From Phyllosticta citribraziliensis (taxonomy: Eukaryota): a stretch of 64,000 bases of DNA. Of this stretch, positions 36,940 to 48,831 are shown one piece after another. The stretch is taken from the NCBI RefSeq assembly GCF_038025025.1, contig NW_027117338.1, positions 1-64,000 of the forward strand, in the 5' to 3' direction. Position 1 is the first letter of the stretch. Each line of letters opens with the position of its first letter. A program made the translations under genes and the position numbers. Below the pieces are notes generated by a model. The model was not told where the DNA came from and searched no databases. It saw only the letters and a program-made list of their open reading frames with translations.

Positions 36940-37932
36940 TCAGCTCGTCAAGCGCAGAAACCCAAAGATGATGTTGAGCAAAAAGCCCGTCAAGACGGCA
37001 ATCTGCCGCCTCCTGCTCCAGACTCCCTCCTCTCTAAACCCCCATCCCAGCGCCCCAAGCGGCCAAAAGAAGCCAACAACGTTTCCGTGCAGCATGTCAT
37101 CCAGTCCGCCGTTGTCCGACCACGTCGCACTGCCCCATCCGCCGCCAGCGGCATCGCCCCCACCGTCCCCTCCAGCCCCGTCTTCTACCCCAACAGGCCG
37201 GTTTGCATTGTCATTGTCGAGCCAACGATCCTCGAGCACGCGCATCTCCGCCGCAGAGGGCATCGTGTCCGGTGTGTGCGTAAACGACAGGTTGGCGCGA
37301 AACTGGCTGCGCAGAGCAGCCACCTCGGCAGCCGTGAAGCCCGCGCTGAGCAGGCGGTCGAAGCCTTGCGGTGCGGCAGTCGTCGAGCTCGCGGCATCTC
37401 CAGCTGCACATGATGTAGATTCGTCGACAGCGCTGCTGCTTCCCGCTCCCGTCAGGCTCCCGGCCTGGGGGCGCGGTGCACCAGATGTGAAGGCGGCTGT
37501 GAGGGCAGCTTCTGCGCTTGCCGCATCGTTTTTCTCGGCCGTGAGCTGCGACGACGTGAGAGTGTCGCCGATGGAGCAGTGAATGTACAGCTTCCGAGGC
37601 TCTGGTGGTGCGTCATCGGGAGCGCGGTCTTTGCCTTTGCCTTTGCCTTTGCCGGCGTCGGTTGAAGAGGTGTCGGGCGGTTTGGCGCGCGGCGGAGGTG
37701 GGGGTGGGAGGCTGAGCGACGATGTGAGCGGCGCAGTGTCGGCGAGGACTTTGCCCGCGTGAATTAATCGCAGTCGACTTGAGGCATGGGTTGCGGGGAG
37801 ATGTTGGCGGATTGACTGCTTGAGCGAGAGCGCGGTTGTAGTCTTGGGGTTGTGAATCGGTAGCGGCAAGTCTGGTATCGAGGCTGTGAAGCGGACAATG
37901 AGGATGAGGTCGGGCGGGAGGGCATCCGCCAT
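36940..37932 (-). CDS. DSC3: DSC E3 ubiquitin ligase complex subunit 3 (ubiquitin-like DUF2407)
   Basis: IVRFTASIPDLPL...RLRLIHAGKVL, YIHCSIGD, PQGFDRLLSAGFT, LEDRWLD and C-terminal TM segments. Confidence 0.9.
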   Translation of the reverse strand: MADALPPDLILIVRFTASIPDLPLPIHNPKTTTALSLKQSIRQHLPATHASSRLRLIHAGKVLADTAPLTSSLSLPPPPPPRAKPPDTSSTDAGKGKGKGKDRAPDDAPPEPRKLYIHCSIGDTLTSSQLTAEKNDAASAEAALTAAFTSGAPRPQAGSLTGAGSSSAVDESTSCAAGDAASSTTAAPQGFDRLLSAGFTAAEVAALRSQFRANLSFTHTPDTMPSAAEMRVLEDRWLDNDNANRPVGVEDGAGGDGGGDAAGGGWGSATWSDNGGLDDMLHGNVVGFFWPLGALGWGFREEGVWSRRRQIAVLTGFLLNIIFGFLRLTS

Positions 37933-38332
37933 TGCAAAGGGGTTGGGAGTCGTAGTTGACGGTTGAATGTGGAAGGTTGTCGTGATACATGGATGCCGAA
38001 AGCTATGGCGGTCGGCCGCCAGGGTCCTGGTTCAGCCTGCAGGCCTTCAACCACACGTTTCGAGAACCCGAGCGACTTGTGTCGTTCAGAAATAATGTCC
38101 AGCGCTCACATCGCCTCTAATCAGAATTAAGCCGGAGCCACTTGAAAATGCAACACAAAAAGTCTACGAAGCAACCTCGGAAAGCGATATGCGGACTGCA
38201 GGTGCTCCTCCGGTTAACTCCATGCACACGTCATGAATACCAAGGGCGGGGTGGAGCCTCTCCACAGTACTTATGTACCTCAACTCGCCGCTACTCTGGA
38301 AGCACAACATCGACGTTACCGACACCGACATC

Positions 38333-38790
38333 ATGGCAATCATCCACGTTGTCCAATTCGGCTTCAAGCCAGAGGTGCCGAAGGAGCAGGTCGACGAGGT
38401 GTGTATTCAAATGTACTGTACATCTATGTACTGTCTGTCTTCTGACTGCTGTCCATCCAGGTCTGCCGCCGAGTTCTGGCACTGAAGGACGAGTGCATCA
38501 ACCCGACCACAAAGAAGCCGTACATCAAGTCATTTATCGGTGGTATTGACAAAAGCGAAGAGGGACTCCAGGTATCTTTCTTTGTCGTCCTCTATCGTAT
38601 CCGCCTCTCTAACAGCCGGTCCCAGGGCGGCGTCACTCACGTTTTCGTTGCCGAGGTTGAGAGTAAGGACGACCTTCAGTATTACCTCGAAAAGGATCCA
38701 GTTCATTTGGCCTTTTCCAAGTCTGCGCTGCCTTTGATTCAGACTGCCCGAGTGGTGGATTTCGAGCCCGGGAGGTTCTCAAAACTGTAG
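38333..38790 (+). CDS. Stress-responsive A/B barrel (Dabb) protein ending in SKL
   Basis: Three exons: IIHVVQFGFK, LALKDECINPTTKKPYI...GG, THVFVAEVESKDDLQYYLEKDPVHLAF...DFEPGRFSKL*. Confidence 0.88.
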
Positions 38791-38899
38791 TGTGGTATCC
38801 AAAATGCACGAGACCGTCCAAGCAGTGTTTCTGCTATTCCCAACGCCTTTCCATGCAACGCCATAAGTAGAAAGACCCACGGGTCCTTGGTGATCGTAA

Positions 38900-39705
38900 T
38901 TAGTTGACACTGAAAGATTCTCCACATCCACATTGCTCCGCTGCAAAAATTTGTCAGAATTGATGCCAGAGTGAAAACGGACAAACTTACTAATGTTGGG
39001 GTTCTTGAAGACAAATCTCCGGCTCAGCTTGTCCTCCAACCAGTCCATTTCGCTTCCGAGAATGTGAATGAGGGCCTTGGAGTCTATCAAGACCTTGACG
39101 CCGTCTTGCTCGACCACGTCGTCAAACTTGCCGGGCTTGTCGACGTATTCCAAGTGGTATGCGAGACCGGAGCAGCCCTTGGACCTTGTCCCCACTTTGA
39201 TCAACTTTGGCTCAGGGCCATCCAACAGCTCGCGCAGTGCGGAGACAGCTTGAGGGGACAACGTCATGGCGGCCTTCTTCGGCTTAAACTTGAAGCGACT
39301 CGGCCTCTCCCTGGATGAGGGGGCCGGCTTTGGTGCAGCAGCGGTCTGCGACTCTTGCGTCTTGGTCTCGGAGCTGGAGAGGGTGTTGCGGGTCTTTTGG
39401 GTGGGTTCGGGTGATTGGAAACGATGTCCAGCCATTCGCGAGGGGTGCTTCTCGGCGTTTTCAGACTGGTTGCCGACGAGGGTGGTGTCCCGAATGTCCT
39501 TGGACCGCGGCGGAGCCGGCGGCGGCTGGAGGTGATGGGGCTGGTATGCGGTCGCAGTTTGGAGATAGCGAGCCTGGCGGACAGCCGACCACGAGTGAAA
39601 GCATTGAGGGCATCGGCGAGCAGCAGCCAGCGATGACGAAGTGGCGAAGCGGAAGAGGGAGGGCGCAACGGCGAAGGCGCCGGTCACAGCAGGCGTGGCC
39701 GACAT
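38900..39705 (-). CDS. ISA1: Mitochondrial iron-sulfur cluster assembly protein Isa1
   Basis: Presequence-like N-terminus, KGCSGLAY and GSEMDW. Intron 38990-38941, then EQCGCGESF. Confidence 0.93.
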
Positions 39706-40788
39706 GTTGAGGTGTGATGGTAACAATGCGTGGGACAGGACAGGTTGTGATGTCGAGAGTCAGGGTCGGTGAGTTCGGTTGACGGGAAGAGGGTTTAGAC
39801 TGGCAGTCCGGTAGTCATAAGCCGCGGCGTTGAGCGCCATCGTCATTACGTTTTGCCGACCAGCCAATCAGAGGCCCCGCAAAGTAAGAGACCCCAGCTT
39901 ACCAATGCGGCAACCCCGTTCGTCCTTCCACCGCCACTTTTCAACGTCACAAACGCCAACACCAACACCAACATCAACTTCATCAGCTCACTTGCTCCTT
40001 AATTGTGTCAATCATCAACGCAATTCATACTCTGCAGGTCCATCTACAAAAGGTCATCCATCTCCTTGCTCCTCTGTCCTAATCCATCCTTTTTTGCTCT
40101 TCATCAGTCTGTGTCATCCACGTCTAAATATACTGTTTCTCAATCTCAACCTTTCTGCTCGCAGTGTTAAATTAGCAGACCATTGTGCTCTCGCGCGCCA
40201 GTATGAGCTCCGCGAGACTCATCTGCGTACCATGCACGTTTCCGTCGGGGGAATCCGAGGCCATCGCCAGAGATGCGGCTACGAAGGCTGACGAGGATCT
40301 TGCGGTTGATCATGTTGTCATCAGCAACAAGGATGCGCTCCATGAAGACTTCTATCTACCATGCATGCAAATCTACTAGAAATATGGCGTACGTTGGCCA
40401 CCAGCGCAAGATCAACTCTGCCGCATCCAGGGGGCACCCTTTCACTGCCAGAGCTGCGTCTGGGGAGCTGTTATTCACTGTAATTAGATCATGGAGTGCA
40501 TTTTCTCTTGCCGTTCTTTTCAGTGAGCATTTCCCATCAAACCTGCCATCGGCCTCCCGCAAATGCACCAAGATTTCCTGTTCGGGCGTAGCGCCTCTTT
40601 GCGCCCACAACGATTTGGCAGACTTCCAAGTTGCGCTGCTTCGACCAAAAACAGCACCACATCCTTCTCGCCATCGATTCTGCCAGGCCTCTCATCACTG
40701 GCTGCAAAGCTACAAACCCTCCGTGAAGCCGTAGCCTCTTTCGCACCACCAAGACGGCGAACAGCATCCAGCCCTCGCCGAGCCAACG

Positions 40789-41847
40789 ATGTTTTCCTGG
40801 AAGGCTTTGATCATGATTGCTTTCACTCTTGCAATCATCTCTCAGAGTCATTCCTTTGGCGCAGCAGGCAGAGTCATTGGCAAATCAGCACAAGTCATGA
40901 ACGACAGCGTACAGTTGCTCGACATCACATTGGGGGTCGAAGCAGGCGCCTCGCCGTTTGTTCAGGGCTTCACGTTGAAGTCAGGTCTCCTGCTGAATCC
41001 GGTACCCATCACGATAGACTCCTCGATGCCTGGACTCTATCTCCCAGCGTCTGGATGCTCCGCTCTCGCGTCGAATCTTCCCATCACTCTCGATTCCAGC
41101 ACTGGCTACTACCTATGGAACGTCGATGACCCGGCCTACGAAAGACTCATGACATCTCCGGCTTATATAGCTTTCACTTTTCCACCTGCAGCAGGACAAT
41201 CGGACAATGTCACAATCAAAGCGGCACTCCGGCTCCTTTGCCTGACCCTGGACACCCCACTCGTCGAAAGTCCAACGCTCTACTTTCCATGCACCAGCAT
41301 ATCCCACAGCAACAAAGCCTATTTGGGGCGCGCTCTCTTGCAGGCTGCTTCTATCGGAAAGAACTTTCAGACCAACGTCTCATGGCTGGCTCAAGCTGCC
41401 CGCCCCAGGCACGACAGAACCGGCCTTGGGATGATGGTCAAGGAACTCTCGACTTCTGACGCTGACCTCGCGAGTTCGGAGGCGAGCAGCGATACGTGGA
41501 AAAAGATCTGGGAAGGTCACTTGACTCCTCTGCCGGAGCCAGGTGCTACCGAGTACCCAGACACTTCCAACGCTTCGCCAAAAGGAGAAACGTCAGCCGA
41601 AAATACGTCGACAGGAGACATGGCAGAAAAGCCGATGTCGACAGGAGAGATTACGGCCGTCATCTTCACCACAGTCCTTCTCATCGTCGGCGCCATTGGA
41701 GGCTTCGTGTGCTTGACATTGAAACGCAGGCTGATCCAACACTGCGAACGCGGTTGTCCTGACGAGGCGCACGTTCTGGCATGTCCACAATTTGCCCACC
41801 CGGTTGTCGAGATGGAAAACCTTAGCTCCCGAACGACACTCGCCTGA
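40789..41847 (+). CDS. Aspartic-peptidase-like type I membrane protein, apparently C-terminal lobe only
   Basis: Hydrophobic N-terminus, TIDSSMPGLYLP, YLGRALLQAA...NVSWLAQA, Ser/Thr-rich stalk and a TM segment followed by KRR. Confidence 0.65.
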   Translation: MFSWKALIMIAFTLAIISQSHSFGAAGRVIGKSAQVMNDSVQLLDITLGVEAGASPFVQGFTLKSGLLLNPVPITIDSSMPGLYLPASGCSALASNLPITLDSSTGYYLWNVDDPAYERLMTSPAYIAFTFPPAAGQSDNVTIKAALRLLCLTLDTPLVESPTLYFPCTSISHSNKAYLGRALLQAASIGKNFQTNVSWLAQAARPRHDRTGLGMMVKELSTSDADLASSEASSDTWKKIWEGHLTPLPEPGATEYPDTSNASPKGETSAENTSTGDMAEKPMSTGEITAVIFTTVLLIVGAIGGFVCLTLKRRLIQHCERGCPDEAHVLACPQFAHPVVEMENLSSRTTLA

Positions 41848-42126
41848 CGAAGCGGTCGCCGCATCCGAACGCCTGACATGGCCGACTCCGCTCTCTTCTC
41901 TTGTACTGTACTTTGGATTCAAACAAGGATTCGGTCGAGCACTGCGCAAGACTTGCACTTTGGGCACCCGGATAGAAAAGGCACGGGTAGAAAGGGCAAG
42001 GATAGGAAAGTTAGAGGCTTTAAGAGTGGATAAAATCATAGAAATTAAAAGACTGGTCTGATTCATTTACACTTGTTCCAACACTGACTGAGAACCCAAT
42101 CCTCCATGCCCATGCTAATTAGACAT

Positions 42127-42622
42127 TTAGCTGGTGCCGGAGCAGCCAACAAAGTTGTTGCCACTGGCGCCAGTGTGAGTAATGGTACCAGCCCACTGGC
42201 AGTTTGAGTTGAAGACGACACGGTCAGCGCCAGGGGAGCCTGCATCGATGTCAGAACCAACACAACACTTCATCGTCACACATTTGCATGAGAGATCGAA
42301 ACCACATACCACCGCTGTACGATCCCGAGGTCAAGAGAGGCCACTCCTGGTACGGACCGCTGACGACAAAGTCAAAGCCCTCGTAGTTGTTGTAGGTGTG
42401 CGGGTAGTCGTTGCTGCCGACCGTGTTGCCCGCCTCGTAGTAGGAGCAGCCGGCGCTGACGGCGGAGCTCTGCTGGCTGGCGCTGTACGACGTCGAGCCA
42501 CAGGTAGTCGACGACTGGCGCGAGACCAGCTGGTGGTCGGCGGGCATGGGGGTGGCGAGGGCAGTCAGGGGGAAAGCCAGCATGGCGGCGGCCAGGGGGA
42601 GGAGGGTCTTGAGGATAGACAT
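42127..42622 (-). CDS. Secreted guanyl-specific ribonuclease (RNase T1/N1 family)
   Basis: Signal peptide and [13 protein letters not shown]...PYQEWP. After one intron: [10 protein letters not shown]...[14 protein letters not shown]. Confidence 0.95.
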
Positions 42623-43743
42623 GGTGGCAGTGTTTGAAGAAGGGGTTGGTTGGCAGGAAACGAGCGAGTGGATGGCACGTATGGTGTCAATTCAGTACAT
42701 CTGGCGTGAGAAGCGCTGTGAATATATACGACATGTATGCGTCGCTGCAGACAAGAGAGACGCGCGAGGCCGTGACACGGTGTCGTCCATGTTTGCTACG
42801 AGCGCTGCCGAATCGAGACGCGTGCTATCTTCATGGTCGAGGCACTGCCGGCCAATGGCGCGCCCACGAGATAGGAAACGTCTACGAGCACGGCAGCCGA
42901 GCGCTGCACAGTCGCTGGTAGCGTCGGCGCACCAGCAGTAGATCAGTGCCTGCTGCTCGGCTAGACGGAGGGTGGTGGAGTACGGAATAGCTGGCCGTGG
43001 GACAAGCGTCCAAGATGGAAGGTGTCGGTGGTGTTTGGAAATCATGGCGACGGAAGGGCGTGCTTAATCTCCATTGGATCCGGAGATACGGACAACGCTG
43101 CTGGTCTCCCAGGAACCAAGCCTGGTTCTGCTCGTATAGATAGATACATGTTGCAGACCTGATCTTCAGGGCACCCGCTGCGTGGCTGAGGCGACGAGAG
43201 GGGGTGACCAGGGGGTGAGAAGCTGGAAATGGACTATACAAGTCAGACAACGAAATGAAATGGCCGTGAACCAACCAGTCAGAGGCACAAAGAGCACCCT
43301 CGGCGTGACCGATGGAGCTTGGAGGTTGGTGTTGCAGGAAAAAGAAGCGCAGCGGGGATCGTCGGCGGAGAGCGGCCAAGCCTTGCCTGAAGCGGCAGGC
43401 GTTCAACTTGTTCCTCGCATCGTCGCCGGTCGACTTTCACCTCTCCACCACGAGCCTATCTACCTCTGTTGATTGGGTCCACGACCACGGCTTCATGTTT
43501 CGGCCGCAGCTGGTGTATCCCGTCGGATCTCGCCACTGTCCAGCCCACCCACCCGCCGTCGAACATGGCCGCGGTTGAGCCTCAGCTCCAGTCCATGCTC
43601 CATGACGTCGTTCCATGAATGTGCTGGCGGTTACCATTGTGTCTCTGCGGCTGCCTAGGCCTCTGTTTGCTAACCTCCTCACCAACTCTCGCTCCAATCG
43701 CCGTCACCTCACGTCTCGACTGCGTCTACTCCAGTCCACCAAC

Positions 43744-44535
43744 ATGGCAAGCAACGATCCCATCTACTCCCGCTTCCAGAGCAGCAATTCTCTCCACGAG
43801 ACTTTTGCGACGGCTCTCGCGCTGCCTGTCCAGATTGCTGCTTCTCAAGATGACACGGAGGCCGTCGAAGCGGCGCTGCACAAGCTGTGGAAGCTGGTGC
43901 TCGACACAGCAGATCAGACACCGCCCACCCAACAAACGTACCTTGTCGACGTAATACAGGCTCTCAAAAACACAAAGGATGACGGGAAGTGCTGCACGGT
44001 CTGGGGCGAGCAACAGAGCTGGGCCGACTTGCCTCTACTTGGACTCGCAATGCGCGAGAAATGGAATCAGAGTAAGCAGTTTCCCCCGGCGCCTCATCCA
44101 GTAGCAAGTCGCACGCTCTAACCATGCACAGGCAACAAGAGCTCGGCCTCATGGGTCAACATCAACGCCTTCGCCGCACGTCTCACCGCCACCAACACCT
44201 GCGACTTTTCCCTCTATGCCATCTGGACCCTGCGCGAAACCCTCGAAGACCCCGAGGTCTCGAAAATCGCCGTCGAGACCGATTCTACCGCGCTACACGC
44301 CGCCGCCGTATGGCTCGAGTACGCGGCCGAGTCGCTGCGTAGTCTCAGCAAGGAAGAAAAGGCGTTCGATGGAAAGATGGCCAAGCCCGGACAGAGCCTC
44401 AAGGATAAGGAGTGGAGAGGGTATTGTCAGGAGCGGTGGCAAGAGTGGGCTCGTCGCCTCTCAAAGGTAGCGGCCGAGAAGCCTGATCTGGCGCCTGTGC
44501 TGGACAAGGCTGTTGCGGAGGTGGACAAGCGGTGA
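43744..44535 (+). CDS. DUF3632 family protein
   Basis: Two exons. WADLPLLGLAMREKWN, WVNINAFAARL, YAIWTLRETLE, AAAVWL and ERWQEW. Confidence 0.82.
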
Positions 44536-46885
44536 GGTGTCTGATGGAAGAATATTGTCCATGGGACTCTCCGCTTCCGTCTCAGCTGCTCTCAATCCAC
44601 GTATCAAAAATACTCAATTGGAGAAAATTCAACGGCTTTGTTCCTGCGTCTTTGGAAGATTGGAAGTGGCGTTGGTTCGCGAGCATCTCCCGACTGGCTT
44701 CTGCCGAAAACCTCTCTACCGTGCAGACTTGGTGCTTGAAGTCCTGCCAGCTGCGTGAAAGAAAGCATGGAAGGAGGGATCTTGACGCTGATGAGACCAC
44801 TTCTGGTCCTTTTGTCCCATCGATCATCGTCACCACTACCAGTGCCACTGCTACACAATCCCGATTTGGTAGGCCGGAAAGTGTGGCAGGAGCATTCTGA
44901 GCAACCGCCGAACAGTTTTCCAGACATGTTGCAAAGCCTCTGCTATCGGGATACCACCATTACGGAACCACAGGTCCCGAAGCTAGATACGATGCTTGAC
45001 AATGGACAGAGCTACAAGCGGAATCTGAATCCACGAATTCCACCAGGTCAGTTTTAGACTTCCGACTCTTTGGCTGAGGGAATCAGAATAGCGAACTGCG
45101 GAATTGGCGTTTCCGCACCATCTGACGAGAAGCTGGCATTCTAAACGGATGCCATGATTTGCAGAAGAGGTATGTCTTTCCACTGCGTTCTGTGTCAAGG
45201 TTTAAGCTGACGGAGTGCCGATCAACCTGCCAGAAGCAGACAAATCGCCTGGGAGCATCCGATCCGAAGCTCCTCTATCAGACCGACCTCGTCTCAGACG
45301 GCACGGTCTACCATTGGCCGGCCGGCAGAAAACTTGCTGCGAAGGGAGCACCACTTGCCTCGCAGCACCACTTGCCCAAAAGTATCGCGTCGGGAACCCA
45401 ATTTCAGCGGCTCAGCTCAACTCCCACGGGCTCTTAGGTTCTGCCATCCCACGCGTGCGGCGGACCAAACACGCCGAGCGTGCGTGTCGTCCCAAAGAGG
45501 AAAGTCATCGCGGGCATGGGTTCGCGACTCTCTTTCCGCGCTCCTCGCCACACAGCGTTTCGCTTCGTTCATTATCAGAGTTCTAGACAGACGCAGGAGG
45601 TTCTCGTCGCAAAGCGAAAGGCGGGCGGTTCGGAACAGCTTTTCCACACCGCCGCCGCCGCCGCCGCTGCGGAAGACGCTGTGCGCTTGCTTGCTTGCTC
45701 GCTCCGTCGCTCGACTGAGGCCCGCCGTCAACTCTTTTCCGCTGCGCAGGAAAGACTCGCGCGTTCGTCGGCCTGTGTCGTCGCTGTCTGCAAGTTGTCG
45801 AAGCGGGTTTCGTCTGCCAGCCAGTTAGTTTGTCGTCCGCCGTCGGAAGATAGGATCCTGAAGACGTCGGCGTCTGGATCCATGCGTTCGGGTAGTGGTC
45901 GAGAGATGGCGGCGGGTTCTTTCTGCTGTGATGTGTGATGTCGATGCCGATGTCCAAAAACGACCGTGTTGAGCAAAGAGTTGGCGTCCGGTCTTTCGGC
46001 GCTGTGGACGCTCACGCACGCTGCTTCTCCCGCTGGTCTTACTGTATTGTACAGCCCTGGCTGGCACCACCTTCTCCTCGCTTCCTGGTCCAATGTCGAA
46101 AATCGGTCCTGGAACTAGGTCTCGGTTGCGCCGTATATGCCGCAGGAATGGAGCACCTACCGGACGAACTGCACGGCTTGCACGGGGGGGAGAGGCCGAT
46201 GCTGGCCTGCGCAGAGCAGGCGACAGGATACCTTTGTATGACGCCCTCGACATTCTGCGTCTAGTATCAAGTCAAGTCAGCAAACTACAGTACCGCCTGC
46301 CCTGCCCCTTTTGCAGATACACCTACACATGGATACGCACATCCCGTACACACTATCGAACTGCGCGCGCGCACCGACACGACGCAGCGTGCCCGGCATC
46401 CTCAAGATACTTTGGCGAAAGGAGCAAGACCCAGCGTAGCCGGTCGAGTTCGCCGATGCGGAGACAGGGGGTGTGTGGAGGCCACTTGGCGGAGGAGGTG
46501 TGGTTGCCACAGGAGGTGTTTGGCAGGCCCAGCGTGTAGAAGGGCGCCGCCTTGCCAGGTCGTGGGTAGGACGAGCGCGCTGGACAGCAGTGGTTGAGAT
46601 GGGCTAGGGAGGTAATGATGGTGAGCATGTCTGGCAATCAGGGGCCAAGTTCCCGCAGTGGGGAGTAGATCGGGGCGCGGAGCCATGCGGGAAGGGGAAG
46701 ACATTGGGCCCTTGGAGCAGAGTTGAGTCGAAGTGTAGGCAATGACAATGGGAGGCACCACGGACGAATTTGTAAAAATGATTCGCTTTTTCATTGTAAC
46801 ATGTATATATATCCGTAGTGTCATAGCAGTCATAAATCATACAGCCTCTCCCCATCTCCCCATACCCATCAATCTCCCACATCCA

Positions 46886-47351
46886 TCACAAACCCAACGG
46901 ATTATCCTTCCCCTGCTCCTTGCCACCAAAGCGCTCCTTATCGCTCTGATCGCCCCAATCCTGCGGCCTCTTGTTGCCGCCGAGGATCTCGGCGCGCTCG
47001 TCCTCCTGGCCGAGCGTGGGGCTGAGGACGGGCTTGGTGATGCCGCCGACGGTGCTGGTGACGGGCTTGGTGACGCCGCCGACGACGTAGCCGACGGGCG
47101 AGAGCACCTTGCCGAGGCCGTTGCCGAGGGGCGTGAGCGTCTTGTTGATGATGCCTGGTGCGCGGTTTAGTCAGTGAGTGAGAGAGGAAGGATGGAGGGA
47201 TGTGGTGATGAGGGACTGCAGGGAGGTGGTGGTGGGCAAGGGTATGATGGAAGCTTGGAGACGCACCGCTGGGCTGGTTGTCGGGGTCGTAGTTGGGGTT
47301 GTTGGGGTTATCAGATTGCTTCTTGACGGTGTTTTCCTTGCTGTTCGACAT
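46886..47351 (-). CDS. Small fungal protein with 11-aa repeats, C-terminus GGKEQGKDNPLGL
   Basis: Two exons join in frame (GTGCGT donor, CTAAAC...CAG acceptor). Strong codon bias. 33-bp internal repeat. Confidence 0.75.
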
Positions 47352-48831
47352 GATGGAACGCTTCTTTTTCCTTTGTCAAGCTAGAAATCGAAAAGGCGAC
47401 AAGGTGTGTAGTAGATAGTACTCGTAGTCCGCGGTTGATTGGTTATTTGTGCAGAGTGGATTTTGTCGCAACGCAGCAATGGTCAGGCTGCAGCTGCGCA
47501 GAGGTTTACCTTAAAGCACAGCATCAGTTTGGGCCAGACAGGGTTCGCGACTGGTTCCGTCCAAGTTTGGTTGCGCAATGAGGCGGTCATGCAGCCCATG
47601 ATGTCATTGGGAGGTTCAGGGTTCCCGTTGGTTTTGGCGGGGTGCGTCAGTCCTCCTGCGCCTTGACCTCACACATTTGGTCTTGTCCAACCCAAGCTCG
47701 ACACTGACGCCGAGTAGCCGCCACGCCGGTTTTCGCGGCTGCTGCACAGCGGCTGGTGGTCTTCTTTTTGCTTGTGAACATGTTCGGGTCGTTTGTGGCT
47801 TGGAAATCCTCAAGGCGCCTCCTGAAGACACAAGTCGAAAACAAATCGGAGTGACGACACAAGCAAAGAAATAGAGACTTGCAAGCCAAGACGACATCAC
47901 AACCTAATCAAGCTCCACAGAACCTAGCTTTGCTGAGCCACAAGCTTGTCGTCTCGCCCAGTGCTTCGACGTCGAACAACATCTGCGAGTTCCGAACCAG
48001 TTTCGGAACACGCCGACCTTTAAGACCGCTGGGACATTTTGAGCTGAAAGATACCCTTGCGGCAGGGCTGGATGGTGCAAAGTACAGTACCTAGGTACAA
48101 CCGGCAACTCAACCGACGCGTTGCACAAATCTCGGAGGCAGCGGGAACTGCGCCAACACATCGTATTCGACACTCAAGCATCTTTAACGACCAACCAAGA
48201 TGGGGGAATGTGGAGTCAAAAATGTTGGATGTCCCCGAGTGCAATTCGTGCTGTAAAAAGTCGCCGCCGAATGGTTGCAGCAGGGTAGGTGCTGTGGAAT
48301 CCCGTGGTGGCGTTCAGATGTAGCAGTCGAAGTCGAAGGTAAGGGGGTGAAGATACGGAGGCTTCGTCCAGCAAGATGATAAACTGAACTGTTCCAGCAG
48401 TAGTGTCGTTGAGTGGTGTCTGTCAAAGGGCACGACGGGTAAGCGGAGAGTTTTGGTTCGCATTGGGTTTGCGCGGCCCAAGCTCAAGCTCCAGCTTCCC
48501 TCTCGAATCACGCATCGCGCGCCGGGACAGGCTCCACAAACAGTGAATCGTAAACACATCCTGGGCAGAGAATAGCGACGGGAGCAGCGGGGTTAGAACT
48601 TAGAGACCGTGTGAGCCTCTAGAGAAAGGTGGAACGGTGGTGACAAAAAAGCGGGAAAAGGCGAATTTTAGTTCCCGCTCTGGGGGTCTGCGGGACAGCA
48701 GGGGCACCCCACTCTCTTGCATCCTCAGACTCGATTGCGCTTCAAATAAGCGCCTCTCCGCTTTGCTCTGTCATATCATTCAAACGCTTCGCTTGACACG
48801 TCCAATCGACCCGACTGATCGCATTGCCAAC

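Noticed and set aside
45417..46700. Fragmentary - strand ORFs with a possible intron, suggestive of a pseudogene
   Set aside because: The frames do not join and no family was recognised.
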